Below are positions 36,554 to 39,294 of a DNA stretch of 39,294 nt, piece by piece. The first letter of the stretch is position 1, and every line of letters starts with the position of its first letter. The position numbers and the translations under genes were made by a program. The DNA comes from Phoronis australis. Lineage: Eukaryota > Animalia > Phoronida. The notes beneath the pieces are model-generated. The model did no database searches and was not told where the DNA came from. It saw only the letters and a program-made list of their open reading frames with translations. The stretch covers positions 8,998 to 48,291 of the forward strand of contig NMRA01001150.1 in the NCBI GenBank assembly GCA_002633005.1, in the 5' to 3' direction.

Positions 36554-38617
36554 ATTTGTAGTGTACCCTTTTATACAACTGCGCTGCATTAGGCCATTAA
36601 ATTTTATTCAGTGGTTCTTGAGCAAAAAAAATTTAGATTAGAAACCTGGAATGATGGTACTTTAAAATAACCTAGCTTTTACAGTTATATGACAACCATC
36701 ATTTTTCACCAAAAGTGGCCACCGAATATGGACCTTGATTGTGATTTGTCCGTCTATATTGGCCATAAAGAACTGCAAACATTGCAACATGGGCCTAATC
36801 TATTTTCAAAACCAGTTTCTAATTTGTTTCTAACTTGTTTTCACTCAATTTGACATTCGGTAAAAAAGCTGCCTATTAAAGATGTACGTGAAATTACAAT
36901 ACCCGGTAAATGAATGTCATTTTGCCCCTTTAAGGTAAACGATCAGTGAGACGGACGGATAGTTGCGTTGAACACCTGACAGATACTTTACATTTCTGCC
37001 AAACATCTGCAACCGAGCAAATACTTAGAACCCAACAAACATACGCTGAACTTGGTGACACGACTTGATACCCGCTATTGCGGCAGACCTGGTTCTGATT
37101 CCAAGGCAAGGCCTCTCCCAAGTGTCTATTAGCTCTATCACACAAGAATGGCCTGTTCCAGCCCTGACCAACAGTACGGTAGTTCATAAACCCAGTCAAG
37201 TCAACACTGGCTGAATTCTCTGTCAATGAAAATTCGTGCCCTCAGTTATCTATACTTGGGCACCCAAAGAAAATTCATGTAGCGTTTCCCAGCTAAAACT
37301 TCAATCTTACAGACTTGTAAAAAGTGCAGTGACCCCAACCAACTCCACATTTTAAGCCTGACTTGTTTACCAAATGATACCCATGGGAGGTGCAGCAGGA
37401 GGCTGGAGGCTATAAAGCCCTCCTTTTGCCAGTGCTGCGCCGCCCCTGGATACCCCTAGACTCACAATGCAACATTCCGATCTATTTCAAAAACGTATCC
37501 TCATGATTATAATTGAAGAACCATTAGTATTTTAGTCTTACATTACTTTATCCATGTTTTAGCGAAATTTCTTTATTGTGGCACCTGGCAAGGGATTGAA
37601 CTTTGGCATGTAAACCATTACAGTCATGGATTAGTTGGTAACTGACTGACAACACCAACTCCAAAAAAATCAAATGCCACACAATATCAAATTGTTAAAA
37701 CATCAAGATTATTGAAAATTTGCGTATATACAGTAAATCAAATTACAACAGTACAAGTGGCATCTGTGGAATCTGTTTGCTACTTCCTTTTGGAATCGGG
37801 ATGCTGATCATAAAAATGTATTACTATAACATGAAATATTACCGATCCTTCTACTGCTACATAACCTTGGGATCATGTAAGTGCAGGTGAAAACTTATGT
37901 GAAAATATCTCATGTAGTTAACAGGAAACTTAATGCCAGAAGCAACATTGAGATCACGTTCTCACAACCTATCCCGACAAACTGCTGAATGAATAACTAT
38001 CGAAGTGACACAGAACACAAAACTTTACACTTCTGGAAATTATTATGAAACTTCTGGTTCATAAAATCGTGTTTCAGGTCACAAACAGAGCAGAGTCAAG
38101 TGAAATAATACAAAAATAATTCTGAATCACCTCTTTTTGTTAACAGTAAACCCCCCCCCCAATGCAATAATAAAACCATCGTGTATGCAACTACTACAAT
38201 TAATCCTAAATTAGTAGAACCCTTTAAATCACCCAAGTGTTGCAATTTTTAAAACTTTTCACCTCCACCATGATTAGAGACAGCTCTGCTACAGGGCCAT
38301 GTTTTGATAAGCAGATATCAAGCTGGCTTATTTCTAAGCTCCCCAGCAGTCTTTTGTCCAGCACCAAGTCCCTGCTTTTGTCCTGAGCTAATGGCATAAA
38401 TGGTCTGAAGGGATTTCTGTGCATATCCCTTTACTCAGTTACAGGTGTGGTGCAACAAGCCCTGTTTTGCTGGCAATGAGAATGGCCATTTCAACACTGA
38501 TCAATTTTCATTGCAGTAACCAAATGACATACCGTATTCACCCTAATGAGCGCCCATGCCCCTGTAAGCTCCCCACACGCGTTTTTACACTTTGCTAAAA
38601 TAAGCACATGAACTCCA
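36459..38617 (+). repeat. ~2.16-kb near-identical direct copy of 5231-7391
   Basis: Colinear sequence and duplicated ORFs. Confidence 0.95.
37045..37219 (-). CDS. Candidate exon of an unidentified gene (NSASVDLTG...RANRHLGEALPWNQNQVCRNSGYQVVSPSS); also present in the 5.8-6.0 kb copy
   Basis: ttttcattgacag acceptor, GTATGT donor, frame open in both copies; no family recognised. Confidence 0.3.
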
Positions 38618-38900
38618 CGCACAAGCGAAGCCTTACCAACCGTTCTAAAATTCTTCAATAATGTCTTCTATTTATCAATAAGATCTGACAATCCTGAAAA
38701 AACCATTGTGTGCGCAATTTGTAGACCACGAGCCTCGCTGCTATGTCGGTATTTAGCCGTGACTAGTTCAAACTTCCGCTGTGCTTCAAAAAGAAAGCAA
38801 GCACGAATTGAACTTGACCTTTGTTCAGTTAAAAGCACATGGCCAGGAAGCACGAGCTCCATTCAAGCACCTGTCATCGAAAATTAGTCTTCGGTAACTA
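38530..38900. mobile_element. One end of another pogo/Tigger-like element; far boundary not found
   Basis: taccgtattcaccctaatgagcgccc is a TACCGTA-type terminus. Confidence 0.4.
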
Positions 38901-39294
38901 TAATCTATTCATGAAACAGGTAGCATAGCATCAGCAAGAAATAAATACTGGCACTTATTTCCAAAAGTTCTAGTACCATAAAAAAACGTTTGCAATATTT
39001 TGAAGGGGGAGTTATTAAATTAGTCATAATTGGTGTTTTTAAAGTCAAAATGACCCACTATAGTGAACACTCTCACACTCCCGAATCTCCCGAAAAATAG
39101 CTGTTAGACTGTCATGCACCTGGCGAGTCAATGACGATCGACTTTTAACCGAGACAATTCTCTAACGTTTTTTTAGCAAATGAGATCAACAAGTGCTAAA
39201 TGAAACAATGTTCTGCTACACTGATTGTGTTGATTTCCTAAGTTATAATGAACACCTAGATCGTTACATTGTATTTCACTCTGTCAAATGAACT

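Noticed and set aside
5231-38617. The two 2.16-kb direct repeats as LTRs of a giant retroelement
   Set aside because: No TG...CA ends, primer-binding site or gag/pol; the left copy is in an N-bounded contig and starts at a break inside an exon, which fits a deletion allele better

Overview
AT-rich, intron-containing animal DNA (probably a marine invertebrate) from a draft assembly, with one 720-N gap and six single-N joins, several of them flanked by redundant allelic overlaps. Two spliced genes sit head-to-head. On the minus strand is a multi-exon Sola-like (DUF7869-type) DDD transposase with motifs DGMDQ, LQMDNCWRENKN and FLMVGHTHEDVDQVFS, a Cys-rich N-terminal region and an AT-hook exon (about 932-12831, possibly starting at 20851). 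On the plus strand is an intact 7-exon, 532-aa gene with a ParB/sulfiredoxin-like domain (25862-33884). Just downstream of it is a regularly spaced array of the palindrome-containing motif GTAGTGTACGTACCCC, then a candidate TTAA-flanked terminus at about 36929. The contig at 4581-7391 fuses the transposase exon directly to sequence at about 36459, like an internally deleted allele. Together this suggests (inference) a giant cut-and-paste transposon of more than 30 kb carrying a ParB-like accessory gene. Introns also contain MITEs, LINE relics and pogo-like relics. All family assignments are from motif recognition by eye; no searches were run.
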